A DNA stretch of 64,000 nt from Patescibacteria group bacterium (GTDB lineage: Bacteria > Patescibacteriota > JACPGU01), in NCBI GenBank assembly GCA_041675145.1, contig JBAYUK010000001.1, positions 312,283 through 376,282 of the forward strand, given 5' to 3'. The translations under genes and the position numbers were made by a program. Below are positions 1 through 8,179 of this stretch, one piece after another. The notes under the pieces were generated by a model. The model had not been told where the DNA came from, did no database searches, and was given only the letters and a program-made list of their open reading frames with translations. Positions within the stretch are counted from its first letter, which is position 1. Each line of letters begins with the position of its first letter.

Positions 1-867
1 CAGTCCCTCAATACCGTCTATCAGCTCGACACGACGTTCTAGGCCACTGTCCACGACCGCCAACTGGCGGCCTGGAGAGGGCAGGAGTGTGCGACCAGTC
101 TCCAAGGCATTGGTCGAAACTACTACCTTGGGTAGGCCATACGACCGGTAGGCTCGGTTCTTCTCCGAGCGTTCGAGCTGCCCGTGAAACGGGATCAGCT
201 CGGCTGGGGTGCCGGATAGCTGGGAGATTGTTTCTTCAATCTCCTTTTTGCCCGGCTGAAAAACCAGGACATCGAACCCCTCGGCAACCAACGTTTTTAT
301 GTCGGCCACGAGGTCTTGGCCAGCAGCCCGATCCACGATCGGAAATTGCCGACCCGGCACCTTGAATACCGGAGCATTGCCCCGCTTGCGCGAGAGCTCG
401 GCCGAATCCAAGGTGGCCGACAAGACAATGATTTTCCTAAAAGGAGAATCACCGACCTGGAGGTGTTTCCACGCCCAGGCTTCAAGAGTGGACTGATTCG
501 TATTCCACTCATGAAGCTCGTCGATGACGAGAACCTCGAACCGGTTATGACCGGCGAGTTCCCGCACCAAGGCAAGCCCGTCAGTACAGAAAAGGATCTG
601 CGAATCCGGGCTGTCGCAGCGACTGCTCGCCGTGCGATACCCCACCTCGCACCCCAACTGCACCCCGGCCAATTCGGCGACGTATTCTGACGTGCCGACG
701 ACCGTTTCTACCAGAGGCTCAGTGACGAGCACTCGGTAGCCGAGCTCACGGTACCACTGGGGCACCATGGTGGACTTGCCGGAGCCGGTCTCGGCTTCGA
801 CAATAATGTAGGGAGCGTCACTCCCTAAGATATCGGCCTTAAAGGCCTCGATAGGGAGCGCTTCCAT
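1..867 (-). CDS. ATP-dependent DEAH-box helicase (HrpA/HrpB-like), N-terminal part. The C-terminus lies beyond the window start.
   Basis: Minus-strand translation from the ATG at 865-867 gives MEALPIEAFKADIL...ETGSGKSTMVP (Walker A) ...VIDELHEW (DExH box) ...VLSATLD...FHGQLERSEKNRAY. It is not in the ORF track because there is no stop inside the window. A GGAGGA RBS lies upstream. Confidence 0.7.
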   Translation of the reverse strand, partial: MEALPIEAFKADILGSDAPYIIVEAETGSGKSTMVPQWYRELGYRVLVTEPLVETVVGTSEYVAELAGVQLGCEVGYRTASSRCDSPDSQILFCTDGLALVRELAGHNRFEVLVIDELHEWNTNQSTLEAWAWKHLQVGDSPFRKIIVLSATLDSAELSRKRGNAPVFKVPGRQFPIVDRAAGQDLVADIKTLVAEGFDVLVFQPGKKEIEETISQLSGTPAELIPFHGQLERSEKNRAYRSYGLPKVVVSTNALETGRTLLPSPGRQLAVVDSGLERRVELIDGIEGL

Positions 868-1106
868 ACTTCCTCCATATCCTGCTTGTCGCTAGAGCGA
901 ATTCAAGTCTTACGGAAAATCCTTCATTCTTGACCTTCTACAAACAAGAGCAAGAAAAAAGATTTGAGGTTTTGACTAGACCTCGAACTAGCATATACAA
1001 ACGGCAGGGTATATGAGCCTATAAGTTGAGAGTGGTGATTTTTATTCGGGAATCACCAAACCTTCTGGTTATTTGTATCGCGCCAAACCTGTATAGCGCT
1101 AGGTCC

Positions 1107-1262
1107 TTACCCTCTATCCTGCGACTCCAGCTCTTCTATGAGAGCCTTCAACGTCATCAGGACAAAGACCTGGAATTGGTCATCTGGCATTGGTCCGCTC
1201 TCACGAACTGCCTTCAAACGGTCGTCCAGGTTCTCAACTAAGGTCGAGAATATCGGATTCAT
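1107..1262 (-). CDS. small hypothetical protein (~51 aa)
   Basis: Minus-strand ORF MNPIFSTLVENLDDRLKAVRESGPMPDDQFQVFVLMTLKALIEELESQDRG with a GGAGGTGA RBS 5 nt upstream of the ATG. It lies in the GC-rich block. Confidence 0.35.
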   Translation of the reverse strand: MNPIFSTLVENLDDRLKAVRESGPMPDDQFQVFVLMTLKALIEELESQDRG

Positions 1263-1360
1263 ATATCACCTCCTTTCTGTACCTGTCTTTGTTGAGTAGA
1301 CAGATTGAGCGGAGGGATATATAGGAGTTGTTTTAAGAAGGTCTCATAACTTCTTTTGTC

Positions 1361-2317
1361 TTACTTGATGGCCGCCCGGATGGCCGCTAGTGCGGCCTCC
1401 TCATGCTCGGGATCAACATTCGCCTTTTGGGCGAACCCCGATGCCGAAGGCACGGCGGCCTTGACGACTGCCAAGAGGTCAAGCCCCTTGTCGGCCGTCC
1501 CGAAGGAAATCTGCCGCGTCTTGCGGCCAAGGCTTTTGTTAAAAGCCTCTCCTTCGAGCGCCACCACTCTGGCGCCTGAGCGATAGAGGGTCGACATGAG
1601 AGTGGTCATGTCAACCTGATGACCGATGGCGTTCACTCTCGTGATGCCGTCGCCAAGGTCTGACTTGGCGTCGAGGATTTCCTGGTGGTTAGCCAGGATC
1701 ACCTCGTATTCCTTGATCCATCCTTGGATCGTGGAGTCCGCCTCCTGGTTTTCTGCCAGGTGACGGGCCAGGTAAACCCGGCGGGTGTCATCCGCAATGG
1801 CGGACTTCACCGACTGGTTGACGAGAGCACCCAAGCCCTCGAAAACCATCCGGTCAGCGGCGTCTGCCGCTGACAATAGTTCGGAAGTGTGGCTGTCCAC
1901 TTCCATTCCAGCCGCCTCGAGGGCGCGCCGAAGAACTTCACCGGACGAGCCAGGGCCGCCTTCGGCGGTCTGGCTCTGGGGCTCAACAATGAGCCCTTCG
2001 AGGGTGCCGAGCACCCTCTCCCAGTCTTCGCGGTTGTGCTCATCGCACACCGCGACTACCTCGTGACCGGCCTCTTTGAGGCGGGCCACGAAGGCCACCG
2101 TCATGGACTCGTCGCGGTTATTCACTGCGAGGTCGACCAGAGCGACTTTTTGCCCTGGCGCCCAAGCAGCCGGATTAATCCGGTCAACCGTGAAGGCTTG
2201 GGCAAATTCCAGCCCAACCTCATTGGCGTTCCCGATCAGGCGCAGCAGAGCTGCGGAAGTCAGAACGCCGTCTACTGAGCCGGTGGCTACGATCTTGGTG
2301 ATTGCTTTGAAATTCAT
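1361..2317 (-). CDS. hypothetical protein (319 aa) with GC-rich codon usage. A VAVCDEHN motif gives a weak DHH-like hint.
   Basis: Track ORF 1361..2503, trimmed to the internal Met (MNFKAITKIV...) that carries an AGGAGAAAAC RBS. No confident family match by eye. Confidence 0.5.
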   Translation of the reverse strand: MNFKAITKIVATGSVDGVLTSAALLRLIGNANEVGLEFAQAFTVDRINPAAWAPGQKVALVDLAVNNRDESMTVAFVARLKEAGHEVVAVCDEHNREDWERVLGTLEGLIVEPQSQTAEGGPGSSGEVLRRALEAAGMEVDSHTSELLSAADAADRMVFEGLGALVNQSVKSAIADDTRRVYLARHLAENQEADSTIQGWIKEYEVILANHQEILDAKSDLGDGITRVNAIGHQVDMTTLMSTLYRSGARVVALEGEAFNKSLGRKTRQISFGTADKGLDLLAVVKAAVPSASGFAQKANVDPEHEEAALAAIRAAIK

Positions 2318-3086
2318 TGTTTTCTCCTGAGCTGTCGGTTTAACTCCCCTTGCGGGTGAGTACCGTTTGACCGCTCTGCAGTGGCGGTCAAATACACTCA
2401 GAAGAATCAAGTATCCGTGTCGCCTCTCATTTTCGAAGCGACACGGACTATTAGCTATTAATCGATGAATGAATAGTATCTTGATGTTTATTTGATGAAA
2501 CACAAAAACCTCCCGAAAGAGGAGATTGCATTCTTATAGATACTAATATCTATCTTATATTCTTTCACCATCCTCGAGCGCCCCGGTTCCTGTACCCGGA
2601 CATTGGATTGTGAAAAACTACGGTCATTTGGTTGTTAAGGATTCGCGTTTGTGTGAAACTGGACTTCTTTTGTGAAGACACCACTGGTAGTGAGTATGAG
2701 TAGTTGCAAGCTATCTCCTGATTATAGTTCACAACCAGTTGGCTTCTTCGCAATCCCCTGTGATGGGGAGAAGATATGGGAGCGGTTTATGTCATCTCTT
2801 TTGGTCCGTTACCTCCAAAAGGTTTGTAATGACGACGCGGGGAACGCCCTTTCGTAACTATCGGTATGGCGAGGGAATGGTCATTTGATTAGTCTCCTGA
2901 ACCTTTCAAAGTGACCTGTTTTTGATGTGCGTCTTTGTCTGTCGTATCTGTGTCTCATCCTTATGACACCATTATAGCATAAATAACTAAACTTGTCAAG
3001 CATAATTATCTATAATAAGCCAATATATGCCACTTTACAGGTTAAAAGTCCTTTGAGAAACACCTCTATTTATTGATAATTGGGCT

Positions 3087-3115
3087 TGTCAAACTACCAA
3101 AAAAGAGCATAATTT
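3087..3115 (+). promoter_or_regulatory. sigma70-like promoter for the TrmB-family gene
   Basis: TTGTCA, a 17-nt spacer, then ATAATT, ending 9 nt upstream of the ATG at 3124. The transcript would be near-leaderless. Confidence 0.4.
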
Positions 3116-3123
3116 AAGAAAAT

Positions 3124-3891
3124 ATGTATCAAAAACAGCTAGAACAATTAGGGCTTTCAGACAAAGAAGCAGTGGTCTATGAGGCACTAGCCAATCAAGG
3201 TATGTGCCAACCACCAGAACTCGTGAAACCAACGAAGCTGGGCCGCACTACGGTCTACGCAGTTTTGGAAGCACTGGTCAAAAAGGATCTGGTTGAGAAG
3301 AAGCAGGTTGCGGGTAAGGCTCATTTTGTAGTCACCCACCCGAGCAATCTCGAGGGTCTGATTGCGATCCAGGAAAAAGCCTTGGTTAATAAAAAAGAGA
3401 CCCTCCAGAGTCTCCTACCAAACCTCGTCTCCGCCTATATCCTCGTCTCAAACAAGCCCCATGTCAGATACTTTGAAGGGTCAGAGGGAGTTCAGGCAGT
3501 ACTGACCGACTCACTCACCGCCCAAAGCGAGATACTCGAATACGCTGATCCTGAGGCTGTGATGACCTATATCAAAAAGGAAAATGCCGCGTATGTGAAA
3601 CAACGCGACAAGCGTAAGATTAAAAAGAAAATCATCGTCATCGACAGCCCCTTTGCGAGAAACTTATTCAAAGACTACTACCAAAAAGTCACCGATACGA
3701 AATACATCGATCACGAAAAATTCCCTTTCTACGCGGTCATGATGATCTATGATAACAAGATTTCCTACCTCACCCTAACTAATAAAGCGCGGCTCGGGAT
3801 CATTATCGAGGACGAGCAAATCTATAAAATGCACCGTTCCCTATTCGAATTTACTTGGGAGAAGGCACAGACCTTCGGAACAAAAAAATAA
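3124..3891 (+). CDS. TrmB-family (sugar-specific) winged-HTH transcriptional regulator
   Basis: N-terminal LGLSDKEAVVYEALANQG...PPELVKPTKLGRTTVYAVLEALVKKDLVEKK wHTH and a C-terminal TrmB-like effector domain. Confidence 0.65.
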   Translation: MYQKQLEQLGLSDKEAVVYEALANQGMCQPPELVKPTKLGRTTVYAVLEALVKKDLVEKKQVAGKAHFVVTHPSNLEGLIAIQEKALVNKKETLQSLLPNLVSAYILVSNKPHVRYFEGSEGVQAVLTDSLTAQSEILEYADPEAVMTYIKKENAAYVKQRDKRKIKKKIIVIDSPFARNLFKDYYQKVTDTKYIDHEKFPFYAVMMIYDNKISYLTLTNKARLGIIIEDEQIYKMHRSLFEFTWEKAQTFGTKK

Positions 3892-3903
3892 AGCCGTTTG
3901 GCT

Positions 3904-4875
3904 TTATTTTTTATCCATCATCTTGTGAGCCGCTTCGATAATGTCGTCGGTGTCGATGTGGTATTTTTTGATTAATTTTTCAGGATCGCCGGATTCGCCA
4001 AATTTATCCCGGACTGCGACCAACGAAATTGGGACGGGGCAATGTTGCGCGGTGTATTCGGCAATTGCCGAGCCCAATCCTCCTGCCATTTGGTGGTCTT
4101 CGGTTACAATAAAGCGTTTACATTTCTTGGCATATACTTCGATTATCTTGCCGTCCAATGGCTTGATAGTATGCATGTTGATCACCGCGGCTCGTATGCC
4201 GTGTTTCTTTAGTTCCTTTGCGGCCAATAAGGCTCGGTAGACTGCTTCACCGTGAGCAAAGATAGCGATATCTCGTCCTTCTTGTAAGACCTGAGCACGA
4301 CCCACCTGAAACGGCGTCTTCTCGGTAGTAATAGAGGGGACATCACTTCGTCCAAAACGGATATATACTGGACCCAGTATCTTCGCTGCTGCACGTACGC
4401 ATTTTCTCGCTTGCCAGTAGTCAGCAGGTGCTAGTACCGTCACGCCGGGTAAGGTACGCATGATAGCAATATCTTCTAGTGCTTGGTGCGTTGCCCCGTC
4501 GCCACCGGTAGTAATACCCGCGTGACTGGCGACAATTTTCACATTGGCACGGTTGTATGCCACTGATACCCGGATCTGCGAGAGCGCTTGGTTGGGCGTA
4601 AAGACCGCAAAAGACGAGGTGAATGGAGTAAATCCTTCCAGCGCCAAACCGGCTGCAGCAGAAATCATGGTGGCTTCGGCAACACCCATCTCAAAGAAAC
4701 GAGTAGGGTACTTACGACGAAACTCGCTCACCTTGAGCGACTCAGCCAGATCCGCATCGAGCACGACAATCTTTTTATTTTTCTTGGCCAACTCCAACAG
4801 CTCGTCCCCGTACCCGGCGCGACATGACTTCTTCTCAGGACCAGTAAATAGTGTGGTGTCTAGGTAAAGATTCAT
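3904..4875 (-). CDS. tkt: transketolase, C-terminal (pyrimidine-binding) subunit
   Basis: 323 aa with FEMGVAEATMISAAAGLALEGFTPF...NRANVKIVASHAGITTGGDGATHQALEDIAIMRTLPG. Typical split-transketolase C-terminal subunit. Confidence 0.85.
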   Translation of the reverse strand: MNLYLDTTLFTGPEKKSCRAGYGDELLELAKKNKKIVVLDADLAESLKVSEFRRKYPTRFFEMGVAEATMISAAAGLALEGFTPFTSSFAVFTPNQALSQIRVSVAYNRANVKIVASHAGITTGGDGATHQALEDIAIMRTLPGVTVLAPADYWQARKCVRAAAKILGPVYIRFGRSDVPSITTEKTPFQVGRAQVLQEGRDIAIFAHGEAVYRALLAAKELKKHGIRAAVINMHTIKPLDGKIIEVYAKKCKRFIVTEDHQMAGGLGSAIAEYTAQHCPVPISLVAVRDKFGESGDPEKLIKKYHIDTDDIIEAAHKMMDKK

Positions 4876-4876
4876 A

Positions 4877-5695
4877 TTATTTCAAAAAAGAAAGTGCTCG
4901 TGTATATTCGTCGTTATTGGGTGCCTTTCCGTGATAATGATAATTATTCTCAATAAATGGTACTCCCTTCCCCATAACGGTAGTGCACAGTACGAGTGTA
5001 GGCTTAGAAGACCGGGTTTGCGCCTTCTCAAAAACGGTAAGTAGACGAGAGACAGAGTTACCGTCTACCATCAGTACCCGCCAACCAAGCGTTTCGTAGC
5101 GAGTTGCAATATCCCCGAGGTTACTTACTTCTTCAGTGGTGCCACTAATCTGCATGTGGTTACGGTCTAATATAAAGACGAGGCTGGAGAGCGCATGTTT
5201 CCCCGCTGCAGCAACCGCCTCCCAGGTAGAACCCTCTTCGTGCTCGCCGTCTGAGGTCATACAAAATACCCGTGACTTTGATTTGGTTAGGCGGAGAGCC
5301 AGTGCCTTACCGACCGCCACTCCCACACCTTGTCCCAGAGGTCCGGTTGAGGTTTCAATTGCGTCCCAAAAACTATGACTGGGGTGACCCTGAAGCGGTG
5401 AGCCAAGCTTCCTCAGAGTTACTTTTTTATCTCCCAAGTACCCAGCCTTTATCAGGCATGCGTAGTAGATAGGGCAAATATGTCCACAGGATAATATAAA
5501 TCGATCCATCTGAGCACGCTTGGCGTGTAATCGAGAGTGACGCAGGACCCCACCGAAGAAAAGAACAGAAAAAATATCTGCCGTTCCCAGAGACGACCCC
5601 CAGTGACCAGAGCCTGAGGCATAGAGCATCTCCGTTACCATCAGGCGCAGGTCTTTGGCGGTTTGTTCAAGTTGCTGTGTATGTGTGTGTTGCAT
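4877..5695 (-). CDS. tkt: transketolase, N-terminal (TPP-binding) subunit
   Basis: 272 aa with SGSGHWGSSLGTADIFSVLFF...GHPSHS...GPLGQGVGVAVGKALA...SDGEHEEGSTWEA. It is immediately upstream of the C-terminal subunit gene. Confidence 0.85.
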   Translation of the reverse strand: MQHTHTQQLEQTAKDLRLMVTEMLYASGSGHWGSSLGTADIFSVLFFGGVLRHSRLHAKRAQMDRFILSCGHICPIYYACLIKAGYLGDKKVTLRKLGSPLQGHPSHSFWDAIETSTGPLGQGVGVAVGKALALRLTKSKSRVFCMTSDGEHEEGSTWEAVAAAGKHALSSLVFILDRNHMQISGTTEEVSNLGDIATRYETLGWRVLMVDGNSVSRLLTVFEKAQTRSSKPTLVLCTTVMGKGVPFIENNYHYHGKAPNNDEYTRALSFLK

Positions 5696-6334
5696 CTATA
5701 CGCGAGATAAGTCTTCAAATGATTTTTTTGGGTCAGCGGCTTTCAGTATCGCACCACCTATAACTGCAGCGTCAGCCCCAGCATCCTTCACGGCGTGGAT
5801 GGTATTATGCGTAACGCCTCCGTCCACTTCAATAACAAGGTTCGGGAATTCACGTTTTAGTACACGTACTTTATCCAGCGCCTCAGGGATTAATTCTTGT
5901 CCACCAAATCCCGGGATAACTGTCATGACTAGTACGCCGTCAATCTGAGTGATATACGGGTGCAGTTTTTCAACACCTGTTCCAGGGTTAATACCGAGAT
6001 AGACCGCAATGCCCCTATGTTTGTAACGCTCAATAGCTACTGCAACATTATCTGACTCAATGTGAACTACAACCCGAGTAATTTCTAACCGCACAATTTC
6101 CGGCATTACCGCAACAGGGTCCACTACCATCAGGTGCGCTTCGTAGATACCACTTTTTGGTAAACTCACAATATCCGCCAGCTGAATGGTGGTGTTTTCT
6201 ACGAACTGTCCATCCATAATGTCTATTTGAACTTCGTCGGTCAGAGAAAGGGCGAGTTGTAGCTTGCTCTCAAACTCTGCACTGGAAAACGCTAAAATAG
6301 CAGGAATACTATGCATAGAGTCATCATAAAACAT
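5696..6334 (-). CDS. rpe: ribulose-phosphate 3-epimerase
   Basis: DIMDGQFVENTTI...HLMVVDP...MTVIPGFGGQELIPEALDKV...VDGGV. The start may instead be the internal Met at about 6316. Confidence 0.85.
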   Translation of the reverse strand: MFYDDSMHSIPAILAFSSAEFESKLQLALSLTDEVQIDIMDGQFVENTTIQLADIVSLPKSGIYEAHLMVVDPVAVMPEIVRLEITRVVVHIESDNVAVAIERYKHRGIAVYLGINPGTGVEKLHPYITQIDGVLVMTVIPGFGGQELIPEALDKVRVLKREFPNLVIEVDGGVTHNTIHAVKDAGADAAVIGGAILKAADPKKSFEDLSRV

Positions 6335-6427
6335 CGCTGTTAAAAGGGGAAGGTTCTTTTATATGCTCGTTTCTGCTATACTATTTTCCACACCAACACA
6401 CATCCCATCTCACAAAAAGGAGCGGTC

Positions 6428-6973
6428 ATGGAAGATCTACCCGCATATTGGAAGAAGTCTGATGTTACGGCAATTGCCAAAGCTCGTGACTACACCGATC
6501 TTTTCCTGATTGCGCAGCGCGTCCAAAAGCGCATGCCAAATCTCCCCCTTACACAGGTCTGTGGACCTATTAGTACTGGGGGACAGGGAAGTATCGAAAA
6601 AAACATGGCTCAGCTTGACTGGGCAATTCTGCGACTGAAAGAAATCGAAGAAAAAGAAAACATTCCTTCTTGTGTCTTTGATCAGCGACATTTCGAGAAG
6701 CCAATTAGCACAATCCTCAAAAAACGACGCGAAACTGGACAGGTAACTGGGTATGACTGGGACATTCTGCGCCGCTTTTACGAACCACTGTTTGAAATGG
6801 GCCGAGTTCAGACCCTGGTATTTTTACCCAAATGGCGCTCATCTAAAGGAGCCAACTGGGAACATGAATACGGGGTTCGTAAGGGATGGAAACTGCTCTA
6901 TCTGCCCAACAACTGGCCAATCTCTATCAAATCGATGCGAGCGCTTGAGGGATGTACCCAATCCCGCCTGTAG
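6428..6973 (+). CDS. hypothetical protein (181 aa)
   Basis: ORF with a GGAGCGG RBS-like stretch. A CGPISTGG motif is faintly nucleoside-2-deoxyribosyltransferase-like. Confidence 0.45.
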   Translation: MEDLPAYWKKSDVTAIAKARDYTDLFLIAQRVQKRMPNLPLTQVCGPISTGGQGSIEKNMAQLDWAILRLKEIEEKENIPSCVFDQRHFEKPISTILKKRRETGQVTGYDWDILRRFYEPLFEMGRVQTLVFLPKWRSSKGANWEHEYGVRKGWKLLYLPNNWPISIKSMRALEGCTQSRL

Positions 6974-7021
6974 CACGCATTTTCTAGGAATCAAAAAGGG
7001 CGCCACCGGCGCCCTTTTTTC

Positions 7022-7450
7022 TCACCTTTTTTCTAGTTTTTTAATACGTCGTTTATGGCGCGTCTCACCTGAGAACGGGATATCCAGGAACGCTTTCACA
7101 TACTTCTTAGCCGTATGTTCGTTAATAAAGCGAGATCCAAGACAGAGCACATTAGCATCGTTTTCGCTTCTCCCCATTACTACTTCATGCTCCATAGCTC
7201 CCACAACGGCGCGTACATTACTGTACCGATTCGCCATCATACACATACCAGACCCTGTACCACAAAAGAGAAACCCTTTATCCTTTTTCCCGATCTTTTT
7301 AGCTAGTTTACGCGCAAAATCAGGATAGTCGTCAGTTGGTACCTCAGAGTCTGCCCCTAAATCTACATATTCAAGGTGCAAAAAGTCTAGGAACTGAGAA
7401 ATCACTTCCTTGAGCTTGAACCCAGCATGGTCGGCAGCTAAATAAATCAT
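7022..7450 (-). CDS. rpiB: ribose-5-phosphate isomerase B
   Basis: MIYLAADHAGFKLKE...FLFCGTGSGMCMMANRY...LCLGSRFI is the RpiB/LacAB signature. Confidence 0.85.
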   Translation of the reverse strand: MIYLAADHAGFKLKEVISQFLDFLHLEYVDLGADSEVPTDDYPDFARKLAKKIGKKDKGFLFCGTGSGMCMMANRYSNVRAVVGAMEHEVVMGRSENDANVLCLGSRFINEHTAKKYVKAFLDIPFSGETRHKRRIKKLEKR

Positions 7451-7505
7451 AATAAGATTCTACCACTTTAGTCTAAAAAACACAACCTTTTTATCTAAAA
7501 ATAGC

Positions 7506-8078
7506 CTATTTTTGAGGTATTTCAGGGAAGTACAGGGAGCGGTATACCCCCTCTGATCTGGTCACTCGAGCCACGAATTGCTCTGTTTCCTTGAATTTTA
7601 CCGCATAATCCCCTTCGGCCAGCCACTGATCTACCGTTCCTGGCCCCGCGTTATATGCAGCCAAAACCTTATCTTGCTCCTGGTACTTGGCAGATAAGAG
7701 GCTTAAATAGTAGCACCCGTACGCGATATTTGTCCCTGTTTGCCTCAAAACTTGAGGATCAAAGCTACTGTGCCCCATCTTACCAGCCAGATACTTCCCT
7801 GTTTCAGGCACAATCTGCATCAGCCCCAGGGCATTTGCCCCTGAGTGAGCTGCCGGATTAAAGCGACTTTCCTCGTAAATGACTGCCGAAACAAATGAAG
7901 GATCGAGGTTATATTCCTCATAACAGCGGAAAATATCTCCGGCATTGGTCAGCGGGTACCTCATATGCAAATACCGATCATACACGCCGTGCACTCCGGC
8001 AATGCCGGTTATCCCCAGAACTAGAAGCACTACTATCCCTACCACCAGATCAAAGTAAAAACTGCCCTGCCTTTTCAT
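7506..8078 (-). CDS. membrane-anchored lytic transglycosylase (SLT domain)
   Basis: N-terminal TM, then EESRFNPAAHSGANALGLMQIVPETG...AYNAGPG, the family-1 lytic transglycosylase motifs. Confidence 0.75.
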   Translation of the reverse strand: MKRQGSFYFDLVVGIVVLLVLGITGIAGVHGVYDRYLHMRYPLTNAGDIFRCYEEYNLDPSFVSAVIYEESRFNPAAHSGANALGLMQIVPETGKYLAGKMGHSSFDPQVLRQTGTNIAYGCYYLSLLSAKYQEQDKVLAAYNAGPGTVDQWLAEGDYAVKFKETEQFVARVTRSEGVYRSLYFPEIPQK

Positions 8079-8179
8079 GCCTCAATCATATCATCTGTCG
8101 ACCAGCCTGCAATATATCTTTTTTCTCGATATGATATAATAGATTCAATAGATATGGAGAGGCTTAAACGAGTACTACC

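Noticed and set aside
87-2330. Many track ORFs inside the GC-rich block (e.g. 87..365, 297..575, 316..690, 1356..1586, 1785..2066, 1889..2278)
   Set aside because: They overlap the clearly coding minus-strand helicase or the 319-aa gene in other frames. High GC inflates spurious ORF length.
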